The notes under the pieces were generated by a model. The model did not search any database and was not told where the DNA came from. It saw nothing but the letters and a program-made list of their open reading frames with translations. Positions 12,016 through 25,928 of a stretch of DNA of 39,774 nt are shown here, in pieces (position 1 is the first letter of the stretch; each line of letters opens with the position of its first letter). Location of the stretch: the NCBI GenBank assembly GCA_964016885.1, contig CAXHJY010001489.1:1-39774 (forward strand), given 5' to 3'. Position numbers and translations under genes: made by a program. Source of the stretch: Eledone cirrhosa. Taxonomy: Eukaryota.

Positions 12016-12122
12016 TTATTTTACTCTCTCGTACATTGGCAATAGAATTATGTTTCACCTTCGAATGGTAAAGTTCAAAATAGTAAGCTAGAATCATCAG
12101 CGAGAGAGAGCTTAAGCCCTAT

Positions 12123-12353
12123 GAACTCACACGTCTAAGCAAATCTAAGGACTGGCTAAAAGGCATATAGAGTTAAGAAATAACTCACGTTTCTGTTTGC
12201 CTACTTGACGTGAATAGGTGGTCGGATAGCTAGACATAGCAGTCAAGAACCATTCGCATATTCACGTTACGTAGGCAAACAGAAGTGCGGTGTTATTTCT
12301 TAACTTCATGTGCCTTTTAGCCAGTCCTTAGATTTGTTTAGAAGTGTAAGTTT
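12123..12353. repeat. Imperfect inverted repeat, ~95-bp arms with ~40-bp spacer
   Basis: AAATCTAAGGACTGGCTAAAAGGCA..GTTAAGAAATAAC..TTCTGTTTGCCTAC..ACGTGAATA versus its reverse complement at 12259-12353. Confidence 0.8.
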
Positions 12354-12399
12354 GCGCGTCTTCCTACCACACTACGTTGCTTTCACACGACCACATTTT

Positions 12400-12650
12400 T
12401 ACACGTAGAGCCGGTGTCTGGGTAGTTAGCACACTAGGCTAGCTCTATAATGTATATCTAGGTATTTAGCACAATGGCTAGGTCTACAATATGTGCCTGG
12501 GTATTTAAAACACTGATTAGCTCTACGATGTGTGCCTATGTATTTAACACACCAGGCTAGTTATACGATGATACCTAGGTATTTAAGACACTAGGCTAGC
12601 TCTACAATATGTGCATTTATATTCAGCAGCATAGCTCTACTATGTGCACC
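12400..12650. repeat. Diverged ~40-bp minisatellite, about 6 copies
   Basis: Recurrent GGTATTTA-CACACTAGGCTAGCTCTAC-AT-TG unit. Confidence 0.8.
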
Positions 12651-13612
12651 TCTCCTTCTCAACTAAAATAATTTCAACTTACAGTTTGGTAAGCCGATGA
12701 ACAGACCTAGTTTTGTCACTTTGGATATTTCAGCAAAGTTGCTACGGAGCAAAGATAATTAACCGATTTAATCATTGATCGCTGGAAATTTCTGTTTCAT
12801 GTAATCATACGATTTTCTCTAAAATTCATTCTTTAAGGTTCATCAGTAATGAGTCTTTCTGAGTTCTGAGCTTTAGGGTTGGCCTGAATAGTAGTGCCAG
12901 TTCTGTGTACACACACGCAGGCAGTCACATACGTACGCACATAATTAATGTTGTGACACACGCACACACACACATATATATATAGGTATATATATATATA
13001 CATACAGAGTGAGTCAATGCATTTTTATTGCAAGATTCACAGATAACGTTTTGAACATTCACTTTTTTGTGTGTGATCAGCCATTGTTATATTTTTTAAC
13101 TACTTTTGTTTGATGTATTTATAATTTCGTAATGTATGAACAGCATTTTAATAAATATAATTCAGAATATAATTGTTGGACTACCCGGTTATTTATGACA
13201 CATCCTCTGTTTGTGTGTGTGCGTACGCATAACTGCTACTGGACCTTTTTACTGTATTTAGCGGCATTTTACCCGAATTTCTAAGGTATTATTTATAGAG
13301 ATCGACTGTTAATGATTTTCTGCGTTTGGGATTCCCACAAACACTTATATGTACATTTAAAGAAAGTTTAACATCCATTTAACATTATCTTTGCCCCAAA
13401 TCATACACCTGTTAAATTTGGCACCTTACCCAGTGATAAGTCAGCTAACCTGGGTGGAGTAGTATTTAAGTAATAGGACATGAAACAATATTAAAAAAAC
13501 AAATCTCAAAATTAAACAATAATGTTGCAAGATAAATATATATAGGGATACACACACATATCTATCTGTCTATGTGTATAATATATATATATATATATAC
13601 ATAGAGAGAAAG

Positions 13613-13667
<55 letters not shown>

Positions 13668-14007
13668 TGTGTGTAAACGAGAGCACACCAGCACATGGAA
13701 GTAAACAGTTTAAAAACGTTAAAGTTTAAAACAAGGTAAGGGAAAAACGATAAAAAGAAGACAACATATATGCAGAAAAATTTCATCATTGTATGTATTT
13801 TCGCCAAATAAATAAAAGAAAGAGTGTGAGGTTTCGGATTAAACACTTTATCAAAATAGAGTAGAAGAATAAAATAGGAAATAAGAAAATGTGTTGGAAC
13901 GAGAACAGATGTCGTGTTTACCTACCAGTAACTTTACGACCACGAAGTACTATTCCGGGTTCGATCCATATCAACCACAACAGCAAACCTCATTTATACA
14001 TACATAC

Positions 14008-14522
14008 ATGGGGGCTGCAAACTCTGCTAAGAGTATTGCAATCGCTTGTCAGATTATAGAGTTTGGTGCACTTTTAGACTACGGCCACCCAAACGAATCT
14101 GTAACATATCATGAACAAGCAATGCCTGTGCTTTGAAGGGTTTTTAAGTGTAGAAAGGCCTTGCACTCGACCAATCCCACTCTCTGAGCATCGAAAACAC
14201 TACCCGAAAATGCGAACTTGTCAACATAATCGAATGCTTCCGAAGCTGCAGGTTTTCCTTCAGAGTTTCCCTCTCCTAGAAAGGTGTTACAACAGCTGGG
14301 GGCCTTTCACTCCCAGATGAAAAGAAAATGCTATTTGGATGACCGTTGACTCTACTGAGTTCCTCCGCCTTTTGCCGGGTTTTGTATTTCATCCAACAGG
14401 GTGTCCAAATATCACCCTCCTCACCAAGCAAGCTTGGTGGGGTTGCCGGTTTAGTCACCAACGACCTGACCATGAGGTAGGTTGTACTGGGTTACATGTT
14501 ACCAGTAGCACTCGAGAGCGAC
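14008..14522 (-). mobile_element. Bipartite non-autonomous RTE-derived element, subfamily B, full-length
   Basis: 5' ~150 nt homologous to subfamily A (GTGCTACTGGTAACATGTA..CCAGTACAACC..GGTCGTTGG.GACTAAAC.GGCAACCCCACCAAG); CTAGGAGAGGGAAACTCTGA motif; 3' stem-loop ACTCT-TAGC-AGAGT; CATA repeats on both sides. Confidence 0.78.
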
Positions 14523-14596
14523 CATACATACATACATACATACATACATACATTCTTGAATTAGTCGATCTAATCGACACTAGCATTTATTTTTTT

Positions 14597-15832
14597 CAAG
14601 GGCACCTTGGAGCGGTGACTAATCTCTGGGAGGCTGAGATCACACGAGCAGTTAAAAAGCTCAAATGTGGCAAGACCACTGGGGGAGATGAAATCCGGCT
14701 CGAGATGTTAAAAGCTATAAATAGAGAATGTCTTCTTTGGTGGCTGACTAGTGTGTGCGGGATGGCCCGGATCTCTGGAAAGGCACCCAAGCAATGGCAA
14801 TCGGGAGTAATAATCCCAATTTTCAAAAAGGGAGACAAGAGAGATTTTTCCAATTACAGAGGGAACTCCTTGTTAAGCCTCCCCCGTAAAGAGATGTAAG
14901 GAGATTGTCGAGTCTAAACTACATGGTGAACAGTGCAGTTTCAGGCCCGGACGTAGCACAGCCGTCCAAATATTCACACTGCGGTCGGTCTATAAGAAAC
15001 CGTGGAGTATTGCCAAGTGGTATATTTTTGTATGTTCAACCTCGAAACGGCATAAGACGGAGTTCCTCGGGACATGCTGTGGGAGATTTTGCAGGAGTAT
15101 GGGATCGATGGTTAGCTTTTTCTTGCCCTGATGACTCTATATGAATGCCTCATAAATGGTCCCGGATAAATGGTGCTAAATCGAAGCCATTCAATGTGGG
15201 AGTCGGGATCCGCCATGGGTGCGTGTTCAGGAATGATGGAAGCGGGAGACTGAATTACTGTACTGGTTCCTGCAATTCTAGATATGTGTTTGAATCCCTG
15301 TATTTATTATGGTGCAGTAATACGCCAGCTTCAGCATTTCTTAACCAGAAGAAGGGAGGTAGATGTAAAAGCCTAACTCGCTATTCGTGCCAATTCTTGC
15401 CCATGGTCATGAATCTTGAGTAATAACCGAAAGAATACGATCGCGAATACAAGCGGCCGAAATGGGGTTTCTTCGAATGGTCTTTGGAGTAACGTTACAC
15501 GATAGAGTGTGTAGCTTAGAGATAAAAGAGTCACTCAAGATAGAGTGGCTACTTCTCCGAATTGAGAGCTCACAGCTCCGATACTATGGGCATGTGGTTA
15601 GAATGTCTCAGGAAAGAAACTTTGACGGGCAAAAACCAATCGGTGGAGCATCTAGAGTAGACCCCGAGCAAGATGGTTGGATAACATCCATGAGTTTGAC
15701 TGGTTTCGCTGGGGAATCCAGCCGGATCAGTTGAAGACGGTTGCTTCTGACAGGATCCACTGGAAGGTGTGTTTGATGACTCTGCCCCCACAACTGTCTT
15801 AGGAATAAGTGGGCGAAGGAAAAGAAGAGAAT
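14597..15832 (+). mobile_element. Decayed RTE-clade LINE (Rex3/Expander-like), 5'-truncated, with an internal deletion in the RT
   Basis: Fragments EITRAVKKLKCGKTTGGDEIRLEMLKA, WQSGVIIPIFKKGDKRDFSNYRG, FNVGVGIRHGCV, MGFLRMVFGVTLHDRV..IESSQLRYYGHVVRM; frameshifts and stops; YADD region absent after ~15228. Confidence 0.88.
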
Positions 15833-15894
15833 TCTGACAGATTTTGTACAGATATCTTTTTTTCGGACATAAAGATAAAACGATCCCCCCCCCC

Positions 15895-16008
<114 letters not shown>

Positions 16009-16074
16009 AAGAAGTTGATAATGCAGTTGTAGTCCTTAATACTTATAACTTTACTGGTTTCATAAGTTTTATGA

Positions 16075-16245
16075 TTTTCAAAAGATAGGAGAGATGGAAG
16101 GATACCAACCTTTAACAATGGACTCCTACGCTGTTTCACGCACAAGGTGAATACACTACACTTTCCAAAAGTGCCACCCGGTGAGATTGAATCCGAAATC
16201 ACTTGATTGCGAAATGAACTCCATAACAACGCAGCCATATCTGCG
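16075..16245 (-). mobile_element. Diverged CORE-like tRNA SINE
   Basis: CACTTTCCAAAAGTGCCACCCGGTGAGATTGAATCC...ATAACAACGCAGCCATATCTGCG is the reverse complement of head plus CORE. Confidence 0.6.
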
Positions 16246-16254
16246 GCTAGCATG

Positions 16255-16285
<31 letters not shown>

Positions 16286-16289
16286 TTAT

Positions 16290-16885
16290 GCCTTATCATT
16301 CCCATTGGAGGTAACACTCCCTGGTTGACCTCCACCACATCCTACTTGGTCATGTCAGGGGAGTATCCGTACTCACCGCGCTTGGCCAATTGCAGGTTGG
16401 TGAGGCTATTCCCCCGTAGTTTTGGTGGATAGCCCTTGCGTCTGAGGAGATCATTCGCTTTTTTACAGCTCTTGGTTCTTTGAGCTGCTGGGGTTCCACC
16501 TATTCCTTCTCTCCAGACCATTGTCTGTTTGGAGAGCCGGTTTAATCGTTGGTTTAGCCGCTGATCAAAGGGTTCCGGTAGCAGACAGAAGCCTGATCTG
16601 ACCACATACCAAGAATCATTACCCACAACAACTAAGAACTTCAGGAAATTGGTTAAGAACAAGCAACAGTTCAGTATAATGATTTGCTCTCTACCATCCA
16701 AGAAGAGGCGAGGCCGCCCAAGAAAAAGCTACATGAAACATATAGAGGACATTACGAACAAAAACTTTGATATACTCAGAGCATTCGCTTGAAACCGGGA
16801 AGAGTGGAGAAGAAAGCATAATCGGACTGTATGACACACATATACTCCCTTTTAAGATATATGCGAAAGTCAACGAGTAAAAATA
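16290..16885 (+). mobile_element. RTE-derived fragment, possibly a second bipartite non-autonomous family
   Basis: 16694-16822 translates PSKKRRGRPRKSYMKHIEDITNKNFDILRAFA*NREEWRRKHN (RTE C-terminal RGRP..W..DR..WR signature); upstream ~400 nt is GC-richer and non-coding. Confidence 0.6.
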
Positions 16886-16909
16886 GCACAGAAGAACGAT
16901 ACCCTACAA

Positions 16910-17328
<419 letters not shown>

Positions 17329-18214
17329 TTTAGTATGATACACTTGACAATGCTGGGGTCCATTAATAATTAATAACAATATAGTTTTTATTTGTACGAA
17401 TTTGTTGAATTAGTATGAGTTTCTGTTGGTGATTAAACACATTTTTATTTTGTTGGCAGTTCGAATTAAATAACCGTATAGATGACAAATTAGAGTCGTC
17501 CCCTTTCTTTACCACTATAACGTCATTATTTGATGACTGAAAACGTCATGAATTGATGTGTATATATATACCCATAGCGGTGACGAACGAAGTAGCATGT
17601 TTTATGGAGCCGAATTTCTAAATTTCTGCGGAGTATGTAAGCTGTCTTATATAATCTTTGCATACCTGTTTGGGTATGACCCCCACCTAGCAGACATACT
17701 GGGGTACCTGGTGGATTTAATGATTTGAGCACTTTATGTTATTTCCTTATCTGCTTTGTATAGATTGTTAACCCACGTACTGTTCGGATTGCTGCTGAAA
17801 TTGACCTGGCATTGTTTTTGATGTGGTCGTGGCTGGATTGTGTGTGGAGATTTTGGTTGTACAGAATCTGGAACTGAAACTTGAACACATTATGCTTCAC
17901 GGTCTGGGATCTTAAACATGTGGAGATTTGTTGATGTATAAATCCAGCATGTAATACATGTTACTAGATCTGATGTTATGTTTGGGTGATCGTATAAATC
18001 CAACAAATTTGTACTTTATGAACGATCTACATATGTTGTATAATCTGGACTGATTTGTTATCTACTGACAATCCAATATCTCTATAACCCCTAGACAATC
18101 GCGGCATATGTAACCGATTGGTCTAACCTCTACGGTAAATATACATATGTAGTAACTCTTTGCCAGATGTGTGTTTTTTACAGTAACTAAACCATTATTG
18201 TTGGGTTTTTTGCT

Positions 18215-18377
18215 TCAGCTCTATCTTGTAATAACCCCGCTTTGCTTGTGTATGGCTTGTATTTATGTGGTACCTGTCTATATACTTGTTGAACTACTCA
18301 GCTCTATCTTGTAATAACCGCGCTTTGCTTGTGTATGGCTTGTATTTATGTGGTACCTGTCTACATACTTGTTGAAC
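18215..18377. repeat. Tandem duplication, 83-bp period, 2 copies
   Basis: TCAGCTCTATCTTGTAATAACC...TACTTGTTGAAC twice with 2 mismatches. Confidence 0.9.
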
Positions 18378-18579
18378 ACCCATGGTCCACGTAATTCAAT
18401 TACCTACTAGTATTCCTTGTTTATGTATACTATGGCGAGGATTCAAATCACTTTGGGCTTTCTGGAGGTACCTTAAGAACCTCTTAGTACTTATATAACT
18501 ATAAGTTACGGAGATCTTATTCACTTGTTAGATATAGGGACCAGCGCTTAACTTCCTCTGGCTTTTTATCTGCTTAAAG

Positions 18580-18790
18580 CTTTTTCTTTTTTCTTATTTC
18601 TTTTTTTCTTTTTATCTTTTTTCTTTTTTCTTTTTTCTTTTTTCTTTTTTCTTTTTTCTTTTTTCTTTTTTCTTTTTTCTTTTTTCTTTTTTCTTTTCAT
18701 CTCTTTTTTCTTTTTTCCGTTTCTCTTTTAACATTTTTTAATCTTTTTTATTTATTTTTTATCTCTTTATATCTTCCTTTTACTTTTTTA
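18580..18790. repeat. (CTTTTTT)n polypyrimidine repeat
   Basis: Direct inspection. Confidence 0.9.
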
Positions 18791-19033
18791 TTATATATTT
18801 TAACCATTGTTTATACTTTTTGCTTTTGTGTGCCATCACTTGCATCTGCATCCTGTGAAAGAATCTGCCTGTACCCTAGCATTTAGCTGTAGTGCTTGAT
18901 AACAACCCCAACATGTACTCTCTCCTTATTCGCCATCTTCGATCTCCCTATTTTTACCCTCTATTGTATTCCAATTGTTTGTGTAACTAAGCTTGGTATA
19001 GCTTATACTCAGCACTGTGATTTTGTTTATTAA

Positions 19034-19077
19034 GCTCTGAGGATACTGTCCAACGGTATGGATGAAACATTGTTAGC
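19034..19077 (+). ncRNA. Candidate minimal hammerhead ribozyme
   Basis: GCT CTGAGGA [TACTGTCCAACGGTATGGAT] GAAA CATTG TT AGC; intact core, GUU site, short stem I, irregular stem II. Confidence 0.45.
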
Positions 19078-19117
19078 AAATAAAAACTGTTTGAGTATGT
19101 AAGCGTTCTTTGATTTC

Positions 19118-19174
<57 letters not shown>

Positions 19175-19676
19175 AGATAGGGTGTGGTAAAAAACCAGGT
19201 CGACCATAACCCACCAGAGTAGTCGAAAGGGCCGGAGCTCAGACGTCGGGGTCCTGAATCTTTTCATATATATATATATAAACAGAAAAACCGTGGGTGA
19301 CAGTAGTAGATGGAACAAATCGGAATCAAGAGAAGGACCAGAACCAACGTTCGTAGTTGCAGCGACAGCAATAGTGTGACCAGAACTTACAGTCGCAGTA
19401 GCAGCAGTACTGTGACACAAACAAAGGTGATGTGTGAAACCAAGAAAACCCAAAGATAGGGAGAGGAGTTTGTGTATGAATTTGTGAGAGTTTAAGAGCC
19501 CCCCCCCCCCCAACACAGCCTGCATTCTTGGAGGCTATGTAGAACGTGAGCAAAGTGAACATTTCTTCTTGACAATCACTTTATTTACTACTAATTCTCT
19601 GTGTCCACTTCATGACAACCCTGATCCCTGTTTTTATATATATCAATGTCTATCTCTCTATGTATCTATCTTTCTA

Positions 19677-20890
<1,214 letters not shown>

Positions 20891-23211
20891 CCACAATATT
20901 GCAGTGGAGAAAACTCTACTCTCTGATCATGACATGGTTCTCTGTGATCTGAGATTCCACCGTCCAATATACAAACCCAATGTCATCTCTCCTGTCCATC
21001 CGTTTGACGCTATGGATTTCCACAATGCAAACTGGGAAGCGATCAGTCATGATCTTGCACATGTCGACTGGTCCTTCACGCACACTCATACACCCACTAA
21101 CATCAAAAAGTCCTGGCAGACATTTGTGGACACTGTTACAAACATATGTGCTAAACACACCCCATTAAGAACTATAAACAAATCTAAGAGCAGAATCCCT
21201 AGAAATAGAAAAACGCTCATCAGAAAAATTAAGAGAACGAACAAAAAAATCAACAAGCTGAAATACTGTCAGCAGCAACACATCAACTTGACTGCCATTT
21301 CATCACTAGAGATTAAAAAACATAACCTCCAAAACAACATAATGTCCCTCATCAACAATCAGAGAAGAGCTGAAGAGGCCTGGGCCATTGAGAAGATCAA
21401 ACTCAATCCCAAAGTGTTCTTTTCATTTGCAAAAAAAACACAAAATCACTGGCTCTACTGTTGGCCCTCTAATTGATGAAAATGGCACTCTTCAAGACAA
21501 TGCTAAAACCATGGGTGAGATACTGCAGAAACAATACTGCTCTGTTTTCAGCAATCCTGATATGGCCGATCTGGGCTGTATCGGCGATGTTACTCCCCAT
21601 TACACCTTATCGGACATAACGTTTGGCGCCCCTGATGTCTTGGCGGCAATAAAGGAAATCAAGCATAATTCAGCAGTAGGTCCCGATAGGTTCCCTGCTT
21701 GTGTCCTGAAGGCGTGTCAACACCAACTTGCTTCTCCTCTTGCCAATCTGTGGCGGAACTCACTGGATGCTGGATATGTGCCAGAAAACCTTCTATCCCA
21801 GTCTGTTGTCCCAGTTTTCAAAAAGGGAAACAAATCCCTTGCCGTGAATTACCGTCCAATCTCACTCACCTCTCATATCATTAAGGTATTTGAGCGAGTG
21901 GTGAGATCGCGAATGACCCACTTCCTTGAGAGTAACAATATGCTGAACTCCAACCAGCATGGATTCCGTAATGGAAGGGATTGCCTGACGCAACTACTGC
22001 ATCACTTTGATGACATTTTGAGAGCCTTGGGAGAGGGTTCCAACACTGATGTTATCTACCTTGATTTCAGCAAGGCCTTTGACAGGGTTGATCATAACAT
22101 TCTACTGAGAAAGCTGTCCAATATTGGTGTCACTGGAAAGCTGCTGCAGTGGATCAAGAGCTTCCTGTCAAACAGAACCCAACATGTTGTAGTTGAGGGA
22201 GTCAAATCAAGCCCAGCCAAAGTCAGTAGTGGAGTCCCACAAGGCACTGTGTTGGGCCCACTTCTCTTCATCATCTATATTAATGACATCACTGACATCA
22301 TCAAACACAGCAACATTAAAATTTTCGCTGATGATTCCAAGCTCCAAAAGGTCATCAATGGCGTGGATGACCGGATAAGCCTTCAGTCAGACCTACTGGC
22401 TGTTACCCAATGGGCAGAAAAGAACAACATGTTACTGAACGAGGACAAATTCGAACTGATCCACTTTGGAAAAGAGGATGCTCTGAAACTCCCGTACTCC
22501 CTTCCCTCCGGGAAAACTCTCGTGGCATCTAACAACATCAGAGACTTGGGAGTAACCGTGGACAGCAACATAAGCTGGACCACGCATATAAGCAGCAAAG
22601 TTGACATGGCCCGCAGAATGTGTTCCTGGATCCTCAGAACCTTCCAGTCGAGAGATTCCCGCACCATTATCCTTCTCTTCTCTACTTTCGCCCGACCACA
22701 CCTTGAATACTGTTGTCCACTGTGGTCTCCCCACACGAAACAAAGTATCATGAAACTTGAAGCTCCTCAAAGGACAATCACGAAAAAGATAGATGGCATG
22801 TCAGACCTTGACTACTGGGGTCGATTGGAAAACCTGAAACTTTACTCACTCCAACGTCGCCGTGAGCGTTATATTATCTGCATGATGTGGAAAATGTTCC
22901 ATCATCACTGCCCAAATGATGTTGGCATCGCCTTCAAGATACACCCAAGGCTTGGGCCCCGTGCTATCCGTCCCATTCAAAAATCTAAATCGCAACTCAT
23001 AACAACAATACGGCACAATTATTTCACCTCAATCGGCCCTGCTCTCTTCAACATCACACCAGGACACGTCAAAACAGAAACTGACCACTCAAAATTCAAG
23101 AAGTCTTTGGACAAATTCCTCCAAGTAATCCCGGACAAACCACCCACACCCGGATATGTCTCCGCAAACAGTAATTCTCTTCTCGAATGGGCCATGGTGC
23201 CCAAATCCTGA
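20891..23211 (+). pseudogene. ORF2 (endonuclease end plus reverse transcriptase), open except for one frameshift at the A8 run 21431-21438
   Basis: The two ORF-track frames join as ..[20 protein letters not shown].. if one A is removed; stop at 23209-23211. Confidence 0.88.
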
Positions 23212-23297
23212 ATTGAAAGACTTCGCCAGGTGGTGCTATTAAGTTAGACATGGCCTGGGCCAATACTGGCCAAAACATTTCAAAGTTATTCAAAGTT

Positions 23298-23298
<1 letters not shown>
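20891..23298 (+). mobile_element. CR1-group (CR1/L2/Crack-like) non-LTR retrotransposon, 5'-truncated, young
   Basis: APE C-terminal motif LLSDHDMV; RT motifs NYRPISLTS, QHGFR, YLDFSKAFD, SGVPQGTVLGP, FADDSK; CR1-type RPHLEYCCPLWSP and LYSLQRRRER; short 3'UTR ending TTCAAAGTTA x2. Confidence 0.93.
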
Positions 23299-23958
<660 letters not shown>

Positions 23959-24304
23959 ATCTTGAGTACGTTTATTGTCACGTATTCCAGCCAGTAACTT
24001 CCGACTGACCACTTGACCATCTCCCTTCACATTTCTCACCTCTCACCAACACCCACCATTAGACGTTGTCGTGAAGCTTTACGCCTCTCTCTTTGTCTCT
24101 CATCACTACGTCACATACCAACGACAAAATTGGACAGTAAAATTTATTCGTGTCATCGCGGCCCCCAGATGACTTGACTACCTACAGTGTGATCATTATG
24201 TATGATTGTGTGTGTGTGTATGATATTATATCTGCAATATACACAAATATATATATATACGCACATACAAGTATATGTGCAAGTACGCACACACACACAC
24301 ACAT

Positions 24305-24392
<88 letters not shown>

Positions 24393-24530
24393 CTCCCATA
24401 CATACGTACGTTATCGTCTGGGTGACCACTACCCAGTTCAATAGACTGCTACTAATTCAGTTATTCTCTCTCCCTTTCCATCCCTCTTTCTGTCCTGACT
24501 TCACTTACTCACGGCCCCTCAACCAACCCT

Positions 24531-24599
<69 letters not shown>
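24531..24599. repeat. (TAC)n microsatellite
   Basis: Direct inspection. Confidence 0.95.
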
Positions 24600-24850
24600 G
24601 CACCATCCGTTGTGTTAGCTTACTTAAAACGGGAGGAAACTGCATTATTTGACCCGCTAATCAATTTGGTCCAATTTAGATTCTATTTCTGCTATTCTTT
24701 AAGAAAATATTGCCATAGTTCCTCAGATAAACTCGCAGACATTCTTCATTTCTCTACTTATCTACTTCTCTATGGGGTATATTCACACAATCTTTACAAC
24801 TAACCCCATTAGACAGACCAGTTCCTGTCGATATTTTGTCTGTGTTTTGA

Positions 24851-24947
<97 letters not shown>

Positions 24948-25098
24948 TACAAACTCATTTCAATTTGGTTTGTTTGACTCCTCAAAGAATGATGAATATA
25001 TCTCTGGCCATTTTCTATTAGCTGGAATGGAATTATTTGTATCTACTTTTACTTATCTAGCTAACTATATAGTTATTTATTTAGGAGGGCTCCCATTG

Positions 25099-25145
<47 letters not shown>

Positions 25146-25264
25146 AAGACAGTCCGAGTGTAATTGATTTAGACTTATTTCTGAAACGAAAGTTCTTGAC
25201 AAAAGTCTATTTGCCATTTCCATTCTCAAATAGCCATTTGCTTTCATACGGGACTACTACTACT

Positions 25265-25465
25265 ACAGAATCCTTAGAGCATCGGACAAAATTCCTTGCG
25301 GTATTTAGTGAAGTCACTATTTTATTTGCAAAAGTTTCACCAAAAACTACTATGTTATTCATCCTGGGAGTCAAGAAAGAGTAGCAATCATGTACTGGGG
25401 ATAGATATAATTGAGATTCCTCCTATCCCCAAATAAATGGTCTTGCACCTAAATTAGAAACCGTT
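25265..25465 (+). mobile_element. Diverged Meta/MESC-like SINE
   Basis: CAGAATCCTTAGAGCATCGGACAAAAT head; TTCATCCTGGGAGTC; TCTTGCACCTAAATTAGAAAC tail. Confidence 0.55.
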
Positions 25466-25551
25466 AATATTGGTAATATTATCACCATCACCATTGTCAT
25501 ATCTTTTCGTACGTGAGTCTATAAGATTACGTTTAAAACATACATACATAC

Positions 25552-25928
25552 ATGATGGCTGCAAACTCTGCTAAGATTACTGCAATCGCTTGTCAGATTA
25601 TAGAGTTTGGTGCACTTTTAGGCTACACCCAGCCACACAAACCTGTAACATATCCTGGACAAGCAATACTTGTGCTTTGAACGTTTTTTAAGTGGGGAAA
25701 GGCCTTGCATTCGACCAAACCCACTCTCTGAGCATCGAAAACACTACCCGAAAAGGAGAACTGGTCAACATTATCGTATGCTTCCGAAGCCGCAGGTCTT
25801 TTTTCAGAGTTTCCCTTTCCTAGAAAGGTGTTGTTACAACAACTGGGGGCCTTTCACTCTCAGGTAAAAAAAAAAAAGTTCGGAGGAACTCAGCTGAGAC
25901 AACGGCCATCCAAATAGTACTTTTTTTT
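25552..25928 (-). mobile_element. Bipartite RTE element subfamily B, 5'-truncated with a 5' inversion
   Basis: 25552-25877 is colinear with 14008-14330; 25881-25928 matches the next segment of that copy in inverted orientation; CATA flanks. Confidence 0.8.

Noticed and set aside
12400-12650. Regularly spaced repeats as a possible CRISPR array
   Set aside because: The whole unit is homologous between copies; it is a diverged minisatellite
13004-13210. Tc1-like MITE (CAGAGTGAGTCA ... TGACACATCCTCTG)
   Set aside because: The TIR match is too short and gapped to support
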